DNA from: a virus
Length of the DNA: 64,000 nucleotides
Virus record (IMG/VR): IMGVR_UViG_3300042384_000211
Span: 76,800-140,799 of that record
Direction: 5' to 3' (one strand)
This document shows positions 27,809-38,629 of the stretch, piece after piece. Below the pieces are notes generated by a model that was not told the origin of the DNA, made no database searches, and saw only the letters and a program-made list of their open reading frames with translations. Both the position numbers and the translations under genes were made by a program. Position 1 is the first letter of the stretch; each line of letters opens with the position of its first letter.

Positions 27809-28923
27809 TAACAGATTTACATCGTACTTGGGGAGTAGTGCAGTACGCAACTCAACCGCAGTTTACCTGCTACGAATCAGTGCAGGATCGATTAGACACC
27901 TATACAAAAGAACAGTATCTTAAAGATCCAGAAGCAACGGTACAGCAGGTGTTTGACATCTATCGTAGCATTAACATTACGCCGATTGTTTATTACACAG
28001 AAGAAGGATTAATAGCTGCTATTAAAGATTTGTCTGAGACTGTTACAAATAGTGTTAAGAATAATGTTATCAACTTAGGCAACAATCAAGGACAGGGTAT
28101 TAATAGATTCTTGTTCCCAAATATGATGACTGCCGAACCCAAAGGTCGTGGCAGTAATAGTCTTAAAGATCGCTTCTTAAATGATGCAAAATTACGTCGT
28201 GCTATCAATTTATGCTTTGAATACAGAGAAGGTAACAATCTAGTTAGCCCAACTGCACTGCGTCGTGCTTTGGAGTTAGTCACAGGTGAGAATGTACAGA
28301 ACTTTAAGAGTTTAAATGCACGTGCTATCGTAGAACACTTATGCCCTGTGCTATGGGGCAATGTCTATGACTACAGTGCGGGCTATGGCGGACGCATGCT
28401 GGGTATAACAACCAGTAACATGCGTTATAACTACCAATGTATCGATCCTAACACAGAAACAGTCAAGCACTTAACATACTTGAGCGAGTTAATAGAACAA
28501 GCAGTGGGTAATCGTGGATTAATTACACAGGCAGTTAGTGAAGAATACGAACCTGTTGATGTCGACCTTGCGTTTAGTAGCCCGCCATACTTTAACCTAG
28601 AAAAGTACAGTGATGAACCAACACAGTGCATGGTTCGTTATACTACATTAGATGAATGGTTTGAGGGCTATGTTGTGCCCACTATGCGGAACATCTACAA
28701 AGGCTTAAACCCAGACGGTGTGTTTGCTACTAACATTGCAGACTACAAGTCATATGGTAATAAAGAATACTTTGTATGCGAACGTTGGATCGCTACTGCC
28801 GAGAAGTTAGGCTTTAAACATTCGGGCACGATTAAGATGATGCTTAACACTCGCCCAGGTGTAGGCAACGATAAGACTGCTGGGCGTGAAAAATGGGAGG
28901 GAGTATATGTCTTTACAAAATAA
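27805..28923 (+). CDS. Amino-type (N4-C/N6-A) DNA methyltransferase-like protein
   Basis: SAM-binding YDYSAGYGGR, then catalytic FSSPPYF; ATGA-coupled start at 27805. Confidence 0.75.
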   Translation: MITDLHRTWGVVQYATQPQFTCYESVQDRLDTYTKEQYLKDPEATVQQVFDIYRSINITPIVYYTEEGLIAAIKDLSETVTNSVKNNVINLGNNQGQGINRFLFPNMMTAEPKGRGSNSLKDRFLNDAKLRRAINLCFEYREGNNLVSPTALRRALELVTGENVQNFKSLNARAIVEHLCPVLWGNVYDYSAGYGGRMLGITTSNMRYNYQCIDPNTETVKHLTYLSELIEQAVGNRGLITQAVSEEYEPVDVDLAFSSPPYFNLEKYSDEPTQCMVRYTTLDEWFEGYVVPTMRNIYKGLNPDGVFATNIADYKSYGNKEYFVCERWIATAEKLGFKHSGTIKMMLNTRPGVGNDKTAGREKWEGVYVFTK

Positions 28924-29401
28924 TACAATATTTTTAGATATGGACGGAGTGGTAGCAGACTTTGATGCTTATGCTAAAAAGGTAGTAGGCTACAGTACAT
29001 CAGGTGGCAAAAGGTATCCATTAGAAGATTGGTCTAAGATAGCCGCTAATCCAAGATTTTACTATGAATTAGATATATGCCCTTGGGCCAATCCGTTAGT
29101 TGATGCGTGTGTAGAGTTAGCTGCTGATGTTAAATTTTTAACTGCTATACCCAGAGCTAATGATGTGCCTTGGTGCTTTTCAGATAAAGTATTATGGGCA
29201 CAAGAACGTTGGCCTAATATTCCTGTATGGTTTGGACCATATAGTCAAGACAAACATCATCACTGCAGGACTGGTGACATTCTTATTGACGATCGAGATG
29301 ACAATATTAACGATTGGTGCCGGGCAGGCGGGCAGGGTATACTGTTTCAAGGTGATGTAACCGACACTATCAACAAATTGAAAGAAATAATACGTGGCTA
29401 A
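28907..29401 (+). CDS. HAD-family 5'(3')-deoxyribonucleotidase
   Basis: FLDMDGVVADF, FLTA, ILIDDR. Confidence 0.85.
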   Translation: MSLQNNTIFLDMDGVVADFDAYAKKVVGYSTSGGKRYPLEDWSKIAANPRFYYELDICPWANPLVDACVELAADVKFLTAIPRANDVPWCFSDKVLWAQERWPNIPVWFGPYSQDKHHHCRTGDILIDDRDDNINDWCRAGGQGILFQGDVTDTINKLKEIIRG

Positions 29402-29660
29402 AACAATCACACTAAGTTTAGACAATTGGCATAAACTTCAAGAGAAGATCGTAGAGGATCATGGTCGTACTACATTACTAATCAGCTGGAGACTACGTGA
29501 TACTTTGGGATTTACTGCACGCGAGCATATAGATTATGCACATGATGATTGGAAAAAGACTCATACTATTCGGTTGGATTTTTGGGATGATGCTATGCAG
29601 ACTTTGTTTCTATTGAAGTACAGTGATTATCTAAAGACTCAAGATAAGCAAGACGTTTAG
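29394..29660 (+). CDS. Small hypothetical protein (F-x-L-K family)
   Basis: LDFWDDAMQTLFLLKYS. Confidence 0.7.
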   Translation: MAKTITLSLDNWHKLQEKIVEDHGRTTLLISWRLRDTLGFTAREHIDYAHDDWKKTHTIRLDFWDDAMQTLFLLKYSDYLKTQDKQDV

Positions 29661-30243
29661 TAATCTTTTTAAGCAGACGTCGCACTATCCAATGGTCCGC
29701 GCCAAATGTTCTACGGTAATTGTCTAAATCTAAACTGGTATGCTGTTTGGTAAGATAAAATCTAACTGCTATGTTTACTGAGAAAGCATCTATTTCATCC
29801 ATCTGACCTAAATATTCTTGATCATCATGTAGTTCGAGGTCTTGCTCAAGACTTCGATATGGTGCAGCTAATCCATAGTTTCTTGCGCGATATTGATAAG
29901 CATGTTGATATTCGTGGGTCTCTGCTTCGATAATTTCTAATGCCAATTTATCAGCTATTGCAGCTGTTATCAGCCATTTACTGTCTAAAGAATGATTAAT
30001 AAACAAAGAAAACCTAATAGGCTTCTCACCTTGCTCATCACGCCATACATCATATAATGCCGCTATGGTAAAGTCGCCGGCGGCTAACACAGTGCTGTAG
30101 GCAACGTCAAGTTTAATTTTATGTCGTTTATTGAGAAACTTGCCCAGACGTCGAGTAAATTTTTTAGGAGTTGTAGTTAATCCAGCATGCTGTCCTAACC
30201 AATGAGTAATTATATTATACTCAATGATTGGGTCTATTAGCAT
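29593..30243 (-). CDS. Hypothetical protein with a zincin-like HExxH motif
   Basis: HEYQH followed by EIDA. Confidence 0.6.
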   Translation of the reverse strand: MLIDPIIEYNIITHWLGQHAGLTTTPKKFTRRLGKFLNKRHKIKLDVAYSTVLAAGDFTIAALYDVWRDEQGEKPIRFSLFINHSLDSKWLITAAIADKLALEIIEAETHEYQHAYQYRARNYGLAAPYRSLEQDLELHDDQEYLGQMDEIDAFSVNIAVRFYLTKQHTSLDLDNYRRTFGADHWIVRRLLKKITKRLAYLESLDNHCTSIETKSA

Positions 30244-31787
30244 TAACTTCCGCCGAGTAAAGCACTGGCACTGCCTAAACTGTTGATAGATCCAGCACTT
30301 GGTAAGTTTTTAAAAGGAGTTTCACCAAAATTCGGAGGCTTAATACCATTGGCCATCATTAAAGATTTGTTTTTACCTTCTGCTAGACTTGCTACAATAG
30401 CATCGCCATAATGACTGTCTGTATTGGCCATAGTTTTTAGTATATCAGCAACACCACCAGATCCGGCAGATCCGATAGAGGCCGCGCCATACTTGTGTAG
30501 GCCAGTAGCAAATGTTAGACTTGTACTTAAGTTGGTTCCTGGTAAACTAGATAAGTCTATCCCAACGTTGCCCAACAATACCTGTGTCTTAGTTAACGAA
30601 TTCTCTAAAGCAGTAATCTGTGCTGGTGTTATATTATTTCCAGATGCAGCTAAAGCTGCCAATTCTGGGCCGCCACTAACTGCATGAGTAAAATCGGTGA
30701 TACTAGGCAACCCATCAGCACCATTTAAAGACGATACCCCAAATCCACTGCCTGTTAGATTTTTTATGTCGGGTGCTAGCCCAGCTGTAAATGAGGATAG
30801 ATCAGATGCAGCAGAATTCAATTTAGGTATACTGGGTATTTCAATATTGTTTAACATTCCTGCTGCAGCTGAAGGACTAGGAAAGCTAGCACCAAGATCG
30901 CTAAATTTAGTTGCTATACCCGACAGTCCGCCAGTTAGTCCTGCTACTGAACTAGGGCCAGCAAGTTTAGTAATGTCAGTTAGATCATTTAAATTTTGAA
31001 TACCACCTGGAGGATTAATTCCCAATTGACCTGTAACATCTTTAAGAATTTTTGGATCACTGATAGAACTTAATGTTTTAGTAATAGTTGCACTGTATAC
31101 CGGATCGTCCATGCTGTCTAAATCTACACCATTTGCTGCCAATGCTTGATTTAACCCTGAAAAATTACCAAGTTTAGAACTTTTTAATTTGTCAACTAAT
31201 CCAGCAGCTGATCCTATGCTGCTAGGATTAGCCATATCAAAACAAGGGCCTGCCGCAGTCATAGCACTTGCAGCCGCTGATAAACTTCCAAACTGAGAAT
31301 CAAGTCCACGAGTAGCCATAGAACTCATGTTAGTAACACCAGACCCAAAATCAGAGAATTTGGAACCTGCTAAAAACTTTTCTACAGATTTGATTTCTGT
31401 AGCATCCTGTATGTGTCCTTGTGCCTGACTAATAATAGCACCAAAGTTACCTAAATTGCTACTTCCGGGAGATCCTGTAACACCCATACTGGACTGTAGA
31501 CTAGTTAAGTTAGTTAATGCGGCGTTGGCACTACCAGCCGATCCACTAATTCCTTCTATCCAGCCTGCTTGAGTACTGTTTGCTAGATTGCTATGGAACC
31601 TTAAATTATCCATTGCACCTGTGACTGTGGGAGCTAACGTTAGAGCTTCACCTTTGTCGATGCCAACCATTGCTGTGAGTGTTGCAGGAGTTATACTACT
31701 AGCAGGAGTAGCTAAACTTAACTTTAAATTTTCAGCAACAACACTGCCAGCTTTTGCTGTTACTAAACTATAGTCTTTTTCGGACAT
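30243..31787 (-). CDS. Gly/Ser/Ala-rich putative structural protein
   Basis: 514 aa, low-complexity composition. Confidence 0.6.
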   Translation of the reverse strand: MSEKDYSLVTAKAGSVVAENLKLSLATPASSITPATLTAMVGIDKGEALTLAPTVTGAMDNLRFHSNLANSTQAGWIEGISGSAGSANAALTNLTSLQSSMGVTGSPGSSNLGNFGAIISQAQGHIQDATEIKSVEKFLAGSKFSDFGSGVTNMSSMATRGLDSQFGSLSAAASAMTAAGPCFDMANPSSIGSAAGLVDKLKSSKLGNFSGLNQALAANGVDLDSMDDPVYSATITKTLSSISDPKILKDVTGQLGINPPGGIQNLNDLTDITKLAGPSSVAGLTGGLSGIATKFSDLGASFPSPSAAAGMLNNIEIPSIPKLNSAASDLSSFTAGLAPDIKNLTGSGFGVSSLNGADGLPSITDFTHAVSGGPELAALAASGNNITPAQITALENSLTKTQVLLGNVGIDLSSLPGTNLSTSLTFATGLHKYGAASIGSAGSGGVADILKTMANTDSHYGDAIVASLAEGKNKSLMMANGIKPPNFGETPFKNLPSAGSINSLGSASALLGGS

Positions 31788-31799
31788 ATCTGCTTAATC

Positions 31800-32111
31800 C
31801 TAAATTATAATTCCGCCTGCACTAACTGGTTCAATTCCAGTAGTTGTTTGAATGTAATGATTTTTGATAGCATCAATAGTCACGCTGTGTATCATTACAT
31901 GGCCTTTGTCGAGAGTTATACTCTTATTTAAGTCACTGGTAAACAGACTTTGCATTAGGCCTATTCCTTGTTGACTTGGCATTACTGTACATGGTTTACT
32001 TACTATGAAACTACCTGCATTTTCTTCAATAATTTTAGCAACAATTTCGTCACCGTTAACTAATTTAAAACTTACTACTGTATCTTTTGCGTAACCTTGT
32101 TTCTCAAGCAT
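31800..32111 (-). CDS. Hypothetical protein, Sm-like fold
   Basis: SFKLVNGDEIVAK pattern. Confidence 0.6.
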   Translation of the reverse strand: MLEKQGYAKDTVVSFKLVNGDEIVAKIIEENAGSFIVSKPCTVMPSQQGIGLMQSLFTSDLNKSITLDKGHVMIHSVTIDAIKNHYIQTTTGIEPVSAGGIII

Positions 32112-32361
32112 TTGTTGCTCCTATGCGTTCTTGAATTTGTTCAGCGTTTAATTTAGCTAAACCTTGATATCCACCTTCTACTAACAAACGACCATTGTTG
32201 TAGATCTGTGGGGCTGTGCGGTGACCCTCATTGATCAACCATTCACGTGCTTCTGGGTCTTCATCGATTTTAATTTCTTCGTAGGCAAACCCATTAGTCT
32301 TTAAGTAGTGTTTTGCTTGATCGCAAAACGGACAATTGTTTTTACTATATACTGTTAACAT
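32104..32361 (-). CDS. Glutaredoxin (RNR electron donor)
   Basis: MLTVYSKNNCPFC, RTAPQI, GGY; start 32361. Confidence 0.92.
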   Translation of the reverse strand: MLTVYSKNNCPFCDQAKHYLKTNGFAYEEIKIDEDPEAREWLINEGHRTAPQIYNNGRLLVEGGYQGLAKLNAEQIQERIGATNA

Positions 32362-32371
32362 TTCTTCTCTC

Positions 32372-33472
32372 TTATAATTCTGGTAGTTCATCGTAGTTGA
32401 GAACTTCGGACATTGCTCCCAATACATAGTTAGTGCTTTCGCTTTCTTGTAGAGCTGTTTGTTTCTTACTTGTGTCGCTGTGCTTGTTAAACCAAGGAAT
32501 AGGTGTTGTTTTAGGCGCAGGTTGGTTGTAACGTATGCCAATTTGTTTTAGTGCATCAACGGCTGTATAATCAACAAAATCCTTCAAAATATTAGCGTTT
32601 AGACCAATAACTGGGCCCATTTTGAATAGATAATCGGCCCAATCTTTCTCTTCTTTGATAACTGACATATACATAGCGTATACTTCATCTTCACATTCTG
32701 CTTTAATATCAGCAAAGCGTGGGTCTTCTTTGACCACTTGGTTGATCAAGAACGCTGTCCATTCTTTGTGTAGTAACTCATCTTGTAGGATCAAGCTGAT
32801 AATGTTACCGTTGCCGATAAAGATCTTGTTCTCAACCATGGCCAAACTAGTAGCAAACGATACCATAAAGCGGAATGCTTCTAGACCGTAGCTGGCATGT
32901 AGAGCTAACCAGATAGCTTTGATATGTTCTTTTTCACTAACTTGCTCACCTAACTCTTTACGGCAGTTGATTTGATGTAGAGCATCGTAGTAATTGCCAA
33001 TGTTACTGGCCATGCCAACAATTTCTTGTGTATCATGGATAGTGTTGAATACATCTTTAGGCACATTGTAGATGTTACGGATAATATGACTGTAGCTTTT
33101 ACTGTGAATGTTAGTTTCAAAGAAACTCCAGTTACTAATTAAAGCCTCTAATTCTGGTAAACTTACCACCGGTCCAAACACCTGATTAGGCGCACGCCCT
33201 TGCAGACTGTCAAGAGCTGTTTGACGTAGTAGGTTACTGGTAAAGATATGCTTAACTGCATCTGACGCATCTTTGAAGTCGTTTGAATCTTTACTTAGAC
33301 TAACTTCTTCTGGTTGCCAAAAGAATCCCCTGGCAGTAGCTTCAAAGTTGGCGATTTTATTATACTTAACTTCCTCAAATCTCTGAATGACCACCGGGCC
33401 TGCTGGATCTAAGAACATCTTACGCTGTAAGTAATTTGACGGGGTACTCAAATCATATTGCTGTCTACTCAT
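32372..33472 (-). CDS. nrdB: Class Ia ribonucleotide reductase beta subunit
   Basis: FFWQPEEV, LDSLQGR, ETNIHSKSY, LEAFRFMVSFA, DELLH. Confidence 0.97.
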   Translation of the reverse strand: MSRQQYDLSTPSNYLQRKMFLDPAGPVVIQRFEEVKYNKIANFEATARGFFWQPEEVSLSKDSNDFKDASDAVKHIFTSNLLRQTALDSLQGRAPNQVFGPVVSLPELEALISNWSFFETNIHSKSYSHIIRNIYNVPKDVFNTIHDTQEIVGMASNIGNYYDALHQINCRKELGEQVSEKEHIKAIWLALHASYGLEAFRFMVSFATSLAMVENKIFIGNGNIISLILQDELLHKEWTAFLINQVVKEDPRFADIKAECEDEVYAMYMSVIKEEKDWADYLFKMGPVIGLNANILKDFVDYTAVDALKQIGIRYNQPAPKTTPIPWFNKHSDTSKKQTALQESESTNYVLGAMSEVLNYDELPEL

Positions 33473-33482
33473 ATTTTCCTCA

Positions 33483-34175
33483 TTAATGTTTGTGAAATCT
33501 TGATAATCCCATTGGGTTAGTTTCTTTCTGGCATATAATACAGCATACTTTAGTTTTAGCAGGATTATTATTTATTAAATAATAATCGCCTTGTTCTATT
33601 TGCTGTTGTATCCATTTAGAATGCTCAATACCTCGTTGTTTTTTCCATTCAGGGTCAACAAAATGGTGCGTTCCTGCAGCTACCCTATCCGACGCAACAC
33701 TTGTTCCATCTGGGCGTTTTAATAAATTGTGTTTACCTTCTTTTACTAATTTTTTTGTTACAACACCATTTAAGTTTGCTCTTGGTGGATTAGTTACAAA
33801 ATTATGTGTTCCTTCGGCTAATCTTTTATTAGCACCCTCAGTCCCAGCGTGTTTTAATTTTTTAATTGCTTCATCACTATGGCGATATCCCGACTCGTTG
33901 CCTCTACCGCCATCGGTGCGATTTTGTAGTATGCCTGTACCTAAATCCTTGCGTCCGTATTGTTTAATTAGATCTGATTCGTAATCATATGCTTCTTTTT
34001 CTAATAACGATTCCTTAAGTATAACAATTCTATTAGGATCTTTGGGTAGTAAATTAGTTCCGTTAGATCTAGTATGGGATTTCCGGGCCCTGTCTTTACT
34101 TCCTTTGCCAATATAATATGGAGTTAAATCTTCTCTAAGATATGCGTATACATAAAATATATTTTGTTTTAACAT
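33483..34175 (-). mobile_element. GIY-YIG-type homing endonuclease between nrdA and nrdB
   Basis: [36 protein letters not shown]. Confidence 0.85.
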
Positions 34176-34254
34176 TGTTTACCTTTAATGGGATTGCAAT
34201 ATTATTTATCATTTTACGCTACATATCGTTAAATAGTTACTCATAGTTTACATG

Positions 34255-36579
34255 CTACAATTTGCACCCCTCACAGTCCGATTCGTCATCAAAGTCAATT
34301 ACTTCTAATGGCATATCTGGTATTTCTTCTGCCGCTGCCTTAGCACCTTTTTTATTAATCAATGAGTAGTAAAAAGTTTTTCCACCCCAATACAAAAAGT
34401 TCATTAGGTTTTTAGCAATCAATGTAGTTGGTACTTTACGATCTGCCCAATGCGCCGGGTTGTAGAAAGTATTGGTACTGATACTTTGATCCACATAGGC
34501 CTGTATAACAGCCGCAGTTTTCAAGTAGGCCGCACAGTCAGTTTGTTCCCACATGAGTTGATATTTATTTTTTAACTTGTGATATTCGGGTACAACCTGT
34601 ATAAAACTGCCCGCTTTGGATTCTTTAACCGAAATTAGACTCATTGGCATTTCAATACCGTTAGTTGAGTTAATAACAACTGAACTACTTTCAACTGGTG
34701 CTACTGCCATTAAGGTAGCATTACGTACACCATATTCTTTCATATCTGTACGTAGAGTTTCCCAATCTAATTCTGGAGTAAAGTCTGCTAAATCATTTAC
34801 GCCCTTGGCACGTAATTCCCAAGGAAATATGCCTTGGCCATAGCGTGTGTGTTCACTGTGTAGGCAAGCACCACGTTCTTTGGCTAACTCAACTGTGGCT
34901 TCGGTTAGATAGAATGCTTGATGTTCCATCCACGATTTAACTTCTTGTAAGGCATCTGCTTCGCCGTAGCGTAGACTACGTTTTGCATGCCAATAGGCCA
35001 AGTTAGTAATGCCAATGCCCAATGGTTGTAGTTCATCGTTGCTAAGTTTACTTTGTATGCTTAAGAAATCTTGATAGTCTAAGATGTTACATAAGCTACG
35101 TTGTAGGATGCGACAAGCACGTCGCATGTCCTCTGGATTGCGGAAAGCACCCCAATTTATACTACCGAGTGTACACAGGGCAATGCGACCATTGTCGTCA
35201 TCTAAGCGTTTGAATGGCTTAGTGGGTAGTAAAATCTCGCAACACAAATTACTTTGATAGATTGTATGATACTCAGGATCAAAAGGACCTTGATTTTGCA
35301 CGTTGTCAATAAACACTAAGTAGATACGACCGGTGTCTGTACGTTCTTTTAAGATGCCGCCTCTAAATACTTCTTCGGCACTCATAGTTTTCTTACGTAG
35401 ATCCTTGCGCTTTTCGTACTTGACATAGAGCTCTTCGAATCGCTCTGTGTTTTTGTAGAACGCTTCATACAAGTCAGGTACTTCGTTAGGATCAAAGAAT
35501 GTGATCATTTCTTTGTTCTTAAAACGTCTCCAGAAGAATGCACTCAGCACCACTCCGTAGTCCATATGGCGTACACGAGTTTCGTCTGTGCCTTGATTAT
35601 TTTTAAGTACAATAAGATCATCAAACTGATGATGCCATATAGGATAAAATACTGTTGCACTTGCGTTACGTATACCGCCTTGACTGCAACTACGCAGGTC
35701 TCCGAACCATTTCTTTAAGAACGGAATCATACCTGTGTGCATGATTTCGCCACCGCGGATAGGACTGCCCAATGGTCGTAAGCGTCCAATCTCTAAGCCA
35801 ATGCCAGCACGTTTGCTAGCATACTTGGCCATCATTTCTCCTGAAGCAAATATGCTATCAAGATCATCATCACTACGAATGAGTACACAACTACTAAACT
35901 GTTTAGTGGGTGTGCCCAAGCCAGCAAGCACAGGTGTAGCAAGAGTGAAAAGACCATCGCTAGCAGCATTGTAATATTCCTTAATAAATTTCATACGAGC
36001 ACTATTGGGCTCTTCTCGGTGCATAACTGTTGCTGCGGCAATCATGTAACGCACCTGCGGTGTTTCATATATTTGTTTAGTACTGCGGTTACGCACAAGG
36101 TATTTCTCGATTAACTGTTCAATCGCAGCATAGCTATATGACTCATCTTTTTCATGGTCGATGAAGTCATTCATTTTATTCCACTCATCTTCACTGTACC
36201 ATTCAAGTAGTTCGCTGGTATACAATCCTGTAGCTGAGTTAGTTTTAACAATTTCGTAAAGACTTGGAGGATCGTAGCTACCGTAGACATCTTTACGCAA
36301 CATACTCAGTCGCTGTTTACCTGCTACGTATTGATAGTTTACATGGCCCACATCTGGATTTGACTCTACATCAATCAAGTCAACAATGGCTCGCAGTGTA
36401 ATTTCGTCAATCTCTCTGGTACTGATGCCGTCGTAAAAATGTGGTTGTGCTTTGATTTCAATCATTGATTGACTGACATCAGCAATACCAGCACAGACTT
36501 TAGTAACTTGAGCTTGCCATTTGTCAACTGCCAAAGGCACTCGTGCTCCACTGCGTTTTGTAACTTGAATAGTACTCAA
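34255..36579 (-). CDS. nrdA: Class Ia ribonucleotide reductase alpha subunit
   Basis: ATP cone VTKRSG, FSSCVL, QSNLCCEI, APVESSS, C-terminal CEGCKL. Confidence 0.98.
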   Translation of the reverse strand: MSTIQVTKRSGARVPLAVDKWQAQVTKVCAGIADVSQSMIEIKAQPHFYDGISTREIDEITLRAIVDLIDVESNPDVGHVNYQYVAGKQRLSMLRKDVYGSYDPPSLYEIVKTNSATGLYTSELLEWYSEDEWNKMNDFIDHEKDESYSYAAIEQLIEKYLVRNRSTKQIYETPQVRYMIAAATVMHREEPNSARMKFIKEYYNAASDGLFTLATPVLAGLGTPTKQFSSCVLIRSDDDLDSIFASGEMMAKYASKRAGIGLEIGRLRPLGSPIRGGEIMHTGMIPFLKKWFGDLRSCSQGGIRNASATVFYPIWHHQFDDLIVLKNNQGTDETRVRHMDYGVVLSAFFWRRFKNKEMITFFDPNEVPDLYEAFYKNTERFEELYVKYEKRKDLRKKTMSAEEVFRGGILKERTDTGRIYLVFIDNVQNQGPFDPEYHTIYQSNLCCEILLPTKPFKRLDDDNGRIALCTLGSINWGAFRNPEDMRRACRILQRSLCNILDYQDFLSIQSKLSNDELQPLGIGITNLAYWHAKRSLRYGEADALQEVKSWMEHQAFYLTEATVELAKERGACLHSEHTRYGQGIFPWELRAKGVNDLADFTPELDWETLRTDMKEYGVRNATLMAVAPVESSSVVINSTNGIEMPMSLISVKESKAGSFIQVVPEYHKLKNKYQLMWEQTDCAAYLKTAAVIQAYVDQSISTNTFYNPAHWADRKVPTTLIAKNLMNFLYWGGKTFYYSLINKKGAKAAAEEIPDMPLEVIDFDDESDCEGCKL

Positions 36580-36597
36580 CTTGATAACCTCTTTATT

Positions 36598-37059
36598 TTA
36601 GTATTTTTCTAATTGTAGATCTTTTGTAGTATAACTGTACAGTAATTGCAACTGCTTTTCTTCTATTAGTTCTGTATTTACTATCTTGTAGGGCCAGTAA
36701 TTAAGAATATATTTTCCATGATCAACACTCACTACGTTGGAGCGAGTTTTTGTCTGATAATCATAGTAGATGTGCAACTCTATGTTGATATCTTTATGAC
36801 TACTGAAGTATATAGTGTACATGATCCCAAGAGCTTTTGCAACATCACAATAGTAGTTTTCGGCTAACAATTCCCAGGGATCTGGCCAAACTTCTGTGCT
36901 GTCGTGCGGTAGATAAAAGGTAACAAATGGAGCTGTACTCCACATTGCATTGACTTCAGCTACAGCCTTGGCCAATGGTAGGTCACTGATCTTATGTCGA
37001 AGGTCTTTCCATTGGGTCAGCCTATCGCTGATCCTAAGCATCCAAAAATTTGCCCACAT
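36598..37059 (-). CDS. Hypothetical protein, weakly BTLCP/transglutaminase-like
   Basis: WPDPWELLAENYYCDVAKALGIMYTI resembles the W.TP.E.L....GDCEDYA..Y.L pattern. Confidence 0.55.
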   Translation of the reverse strand: MWANFWMLRISDRLTQWKDLRHKISDLPLAKAVAEVNAMWSTAPFVTFYLPHDSTEVWPDPWELLAENYYCDVAKALGIMYTIYFSSHKDINIELHIYYDYQTKTRSNVVSVDHGKYILNYWPYKIVNTELIEEKQLQLLYSYTTKDLQLEKY

Positions 37060-37060
37060 A

Positions 37061-38629
37061 TTATATAAACGATCTGATATTGTATTTGATAGTAGCGTTA
37101 CTCAAAGGAGCCGAACTAGGCGTAATGTAGGTTAATGCAGCATTTGTGCCAAATGTAGCAAATCCTAAAATTACGCCTACATCTGTATTTTCGCTGTAGT
37201 CATCTTCAAATATAACATTGCCGCTGGTCTGTACTATTCGCATACTGCCTACGCGATAATTACCACCTTTAGTAATAGTATAATCTAAAATACTAGTTGT
37301 ATTACTAGTAAAGGTAATCCCTGTGTTAGCAGCCACTGCTACGTTACCTGTTAAGGTAAGTGCATATCCTGGAGAAGATTGTAGTGCTCCACTGGTACTT
37401 GCTGATGTTTGACTTACTGTAGTTGTACTTAATAATTCAACTAACGGTCTAACAGCAATATTACCAGCATCCCTATCAAATAAATCTCCAACACTGTAAT
37501 TGTTTGATGTATTCCAGGTAAGTACTGAAGTATTTGCAACATTTCCTACTAGGTCTGTACTGTTGCCCATACCCACTGAACGATAGTGATTAAACACACT
37601 AAATGTAGAGCTAGCATTTGCTGAAAAGATAGCTTGTTTTGCTATGCGATCAAACATACTATTTGTCACACGTATGCTTTGCGGACTTGATGTAGTTGCA
37701 GATACGTTAAGTCCTTGATGCAGGTTGTCAAAATAGCAATTATTAAAAGCTACACCACGAACATCACCATTTATACTGCCTGCATAAGTGATGTTTGCAA
37801 AACTACTTTCATTGAAATAAATATTTTGAGTAGTGCTAACTGTGCCTTGCAATCTAACAGCTGCTTTTAAGTTGCCCGATGTTAGTATTGACGAATTTCC
37901 TTCAAAATCAACTCGATTAAAAGAAACAGTGGTTGCACTATCAATGACTACAATATGATCATCTGTCTGATTTTCCAACGACATATCAGTGATATCAATT
38001 TGGTTAGGTAATATAGCACTACTAAATCCTAAACTACCATCACTTTGTCTTAGACTATCGCGTAATTTAATTACTACATTGCTACCAGTAGTATGTTTAA
38101 TAACTGTTGATTGTGCACCGTCACCAAAAATACTAGCGTGACTGGGCAATACTAAACAATTACCTGCTAGGTTGTATATCCCTGCAGGGAAATGTATTCT
38201 ACGTCTAACACCTATTGAATCGTATACTGCACCTAACGGATTGTATATTTGATCAATTGCACGTTGTAATGCAATAGAGTCATCTGTAGACCCGTCGCCT
38301 ACTGCACCAAAATCACGAACACTAATCTGTTCATCTAATTTATGCCCAAAGGTACGCTCAATGAATCCTGTAGCAGTAAGACCTGTTTGACTACCAAAAC
38401 CAGATTCGTCACCTTTGAACTGATAAGCTTCAAGAGCTGAAAGAATATCGCTGTTTGCTGTTAGAATTTCAGTATTGCCAATTAACGGTGCGCCTTCTGC
38501 TAAGGTGCCATTACCAATCCAAAGCCTGCGCTCGTCATTACTCCAGCCCATTTCGCCTGAAGCTAATTGCGGTAAGTTTTCCTGTAGGCCTCTGCGTACT
38601 TGTATCTTAGAAATTTGAATTACAGCCAT
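37061..38629 (-). CDS. Tail/tailspike-like protein with a pectate-lyase-type beta helix
   Basis: IQVRRG..LASGEMGW N-terminus; SVRDFGAVGDGSTDD, FPAGIY. Confidence 0.8.
   Translation of the reverse strand: MAVIQISKIQVRRGLQENLPQLASGEMGWSNDERRLWIGNGTLAEGAPLIGNTEILTANSDILSALEAYQFKGDESGFGSQTGLTATGFIERTFGHKLDEQISVRDFGAVGDGSTDDSIALQRAIDQIYNPLGAVYDSIGVRRRIHFPAGIYNLAGNCLVLPSHASIFGDGAQSTVIKHTTGSNVVIKLRDSLRQSDGSLGFSSAILPNQIDITDMSLENQTDDHIVVIDSATTVSFNRVDFEGNSSILTSGNLKAAVRLQGTVSTTQNIYFNESSFANITYAGSINGDVRGVAFNNCYFDNLHQGLNVSATTSSPQSIRVTNSMFDRIAKQAIFSANASSTFSVFNHYRSVGMGNSTDLVGNVANTSVLTWNTSNNYSVGDLFDRDAGNIAVRPLVELLSTTTVSQTSASTSGALQSSPGYALTLTGNVAVAANTGITFTSNTTSILDYTITKGGNYRVGSMRIVQTSGNVIFEDDYSENTDVGVILGFATFGTNAALTYITPSSAPLSNATIKYNIRSFI

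Noticed and set aside
32362-32541. N-terminal extension of glutaredoxin in the ORF track
   Set aside because: It overlaps nrdB; the glutaredoxin fold and RBS begin at 32361
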